Source: Antechinus flavipes
Taxonomy: Eukaryota
Assembly: GCF_016432865.1 (NCBI RefSeq)
Contig: NC_067398.1
Coordinates: forward strand, 78,802,001 to 78,866,000
Direction: 5' to 3'
DNA: 64,000 bases
Shown here: positions 62,190 through 64,000 of the stretch, piece after piece
Layout of the letters: each line of letters begins with the position of its first letter
Numbering within the stretch: the stretch's first letter is position 1
Made by a program: the position numbers and the translations under genes
The notes under the pieces: generated by a model
Told to the model about the DNA's origin: nothing
The model's database searches: none
The model's input: the letters and a program-made list of their open reading frames with translations, nothing else

Positions 62190-62702
62190 TGCCAAAAGGG
62201 ACATTTATTTAGGAGAAGTTATAGACAAAGTGAAGAGATAAATTAGGCACCAGGAGTGGTAAATATGAAATAGATTTGGGTGAGCAATAGGGTTGCCAAA
62301 GGAAAGGAATTTGGAAGAATTCAGTAAAGTACTATGCCATGAGGGATGAGAGGCCCATTAACTGGCAGGTTAAATGCACAGAGTAGGTTAGCAGACTAAC
62401 CAGAATTAGCTATAGCAAGGAAAAAAGATGCCATTAAAGGGAAGACTATGAGGAGGGAAAGAGTACCCCTTAGCAGGTTTAGTCTTGAAAAGGATTTAAC
62501 AATCATTATTTATAGGGGAAATATACCAGGGCAGAGAGAGGGATCAACCAGAAGCCAGGTGGATTCCATCTGCCAGACCATGTCCCAGACCTGTCTAAAG
62601 ATATGCTAACCAATATCTCAAAAGTTGTTTAAAGATGTTCAGAGGTTGGAGGCATAGACAATGGAAGCTAATAAAGAGTTCCATCCTTATAATCATTCTA
62701 CA
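62190..62702 (-). mobile_element. Possible solo LTR
   Basis: LTR-like composition, ends atcattctaCA; boundaries and family uncertain. Confidence 0.35.
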
Positions 62703-63543
62703 TAAACAAAATAATCTAGGTTATACCTGATAACTAGATGGGCTTCTTCCTGATATGAAAAGAGAATAAGCTCCAAATCCACATCATAAATATATATTTT
62801 GAGTCAAGAACTCACTGTTCTGAATAGCCCCAAGAAAGCACTAAAAATAACTGAAGAGGAAAGGACAAAGCTGAGAGCCTGGTACCAGTTGGCCTGGAGT
62901 ACAATAGCAAAGGCTTAAATTCTTTTAATATATATACAAGATAAATCTGCACAGCCCAAGATCTAGCAGGGTACAGTCTGTGATTGAATACAGTAACCCA
63001 GAGTATCCTTGAAAAGATAATGGAAGCTCTAGAATTATCTTTTGTATAGTCAAATGGTTGATAGCTTGTTTTTTATAGCTGTAGAAGGAAACAAATCAAG
63101 AAGTTACATAATATGCAAACAAGAACTCATGTCAGGAGGAGAAGGAGAAAATAAGGCTAAAGAAAAAAGACTGGAGTCAAGGCCAAAGATGTGAATACAC
63201 TGACTGTAGATTTGAATTTCAATTTTAGCTTAATGGGTACTAAGAGCCATTAGATGTTTTTGAGCAAGAGAAAGAATTATGTGATGAAAGAAAATTTTAG
63301 ACATCAACAAAATGTTGAATGAATGATGCTTTACATTTGTATAGTATTATATAAGCTACTTTCACATACAATATCTATTTTTGTAAAATAGGTAGGGCAG
63401 CCTACTAATGATAGATAAGGAAATTGAGTATCTGAGAGACTGACTTGTCCAAAGACAAATGATAGTCATCAAAATTAAACTCAAATATTCTGACTTTTTG
63501 TCCAATGTTCTTTCTACCTAAACACTGAATGAAGGCAAGTATT

Positions 63544-63710
63544 TTTGTTTTTTTTTTTTGTTTTTGGTTTTTTTTGGCTGAGACAATTGGAGTTAAGTGA
63601 CTTGCCCAGGTCACACAGCCAGGAAGTATTAAGTGTCTGAGGTCATATTTGAATTCAGTCCTCCTGACTTCAGAGCTGGTGCTCCATCTACTACACCAAC
63701 TAGCTGCCCT
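63544..63710 (-). mobile_element. WSINE1-type SINE with 12-bp TSD
   Basis: Poly-T tail, reverse-complement body, TSD AAGGCAAGTATT at 63532-63543 and 63712-63723. Confidence 0.9.
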
Positions 63711-64000
63711 AAAGGCAAGTATTAAAAGTGACTACAGTTTCTAGCCTGATTGGACATAAAAAATAACTGGCATTTATTTATCACTTTAAGCTCGGCAAAG
63801 TATTTTATATACATAATCTCATATGAACTCCACAACAACTTCAACAGACAGGTCCTGCACATATCATCTGCATTTTATAAATGGAACCAAGCCTCCAAAG
63901 GGTTGTCTCTTGCTTTTAGTTAATTAGTATTAGAATCAGAATTCTATTGTAGGTCCTCTTAACTTCCATTCCAACACACTATCAATTACTGCCTCTTATA

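Overview
Marsupial genomic DNA, very probably from a dasyurid (WSINE1-type SINEs, dasyurid-style L1 3' ends, an OC1-like hAT end). It carries a head-to-tail cluster of four + strand KRAB-C2H2 zinc-finger genes that resemble ZNF786. The six-frame ORF track misses their structure because they are spliced. All share one architecture: CpG-island promoter, 24-nt coding exon 1 (MAPxAPxx), 127-nt KRAB-A exon, 159-nt KRAB-B/linker exon, and a terminal finger exon ending in a conserved L-x-x-L-(M/I)-(D/E)-x-D-W tail. Gene 1 (577-7293) and gene 3 (40842-46712) have 7 fingers. Gene 4 (50039-57452) has 8 intact plus several decayed fingers and is the best ZNF786 candidate. Gene 2 (11152-28605) is the unusual one. 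An intragenic tandem duplication (junction at 21701-21704, GAAG microhomology) gives it two KRAB modules behind one promoter. Two separate indels in the first module each create a phase-0 splice route into the second KRAB-A exon, so in-frame double-KRAB proteins (476 aa and 607 aa) can be assembled on paper. Other notable points: patchwork identity between the duplicate copies, apparent start-codon turnover in gene 3 (exon-1 ATG lost, ATG gained as first codon of exon 2), finger-level mosaicism among paralogs, and a ~30-bp GC-box repeat unit in the promoters. The rest is SINE/LINE/LTR-rich intronic and intergenic DNA with a 128-N gap at 35005-35132. All splice models are inferred from sequence only. 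Comparisons with human ZNF786 and repeat-family names are from recall and need database confirmation.
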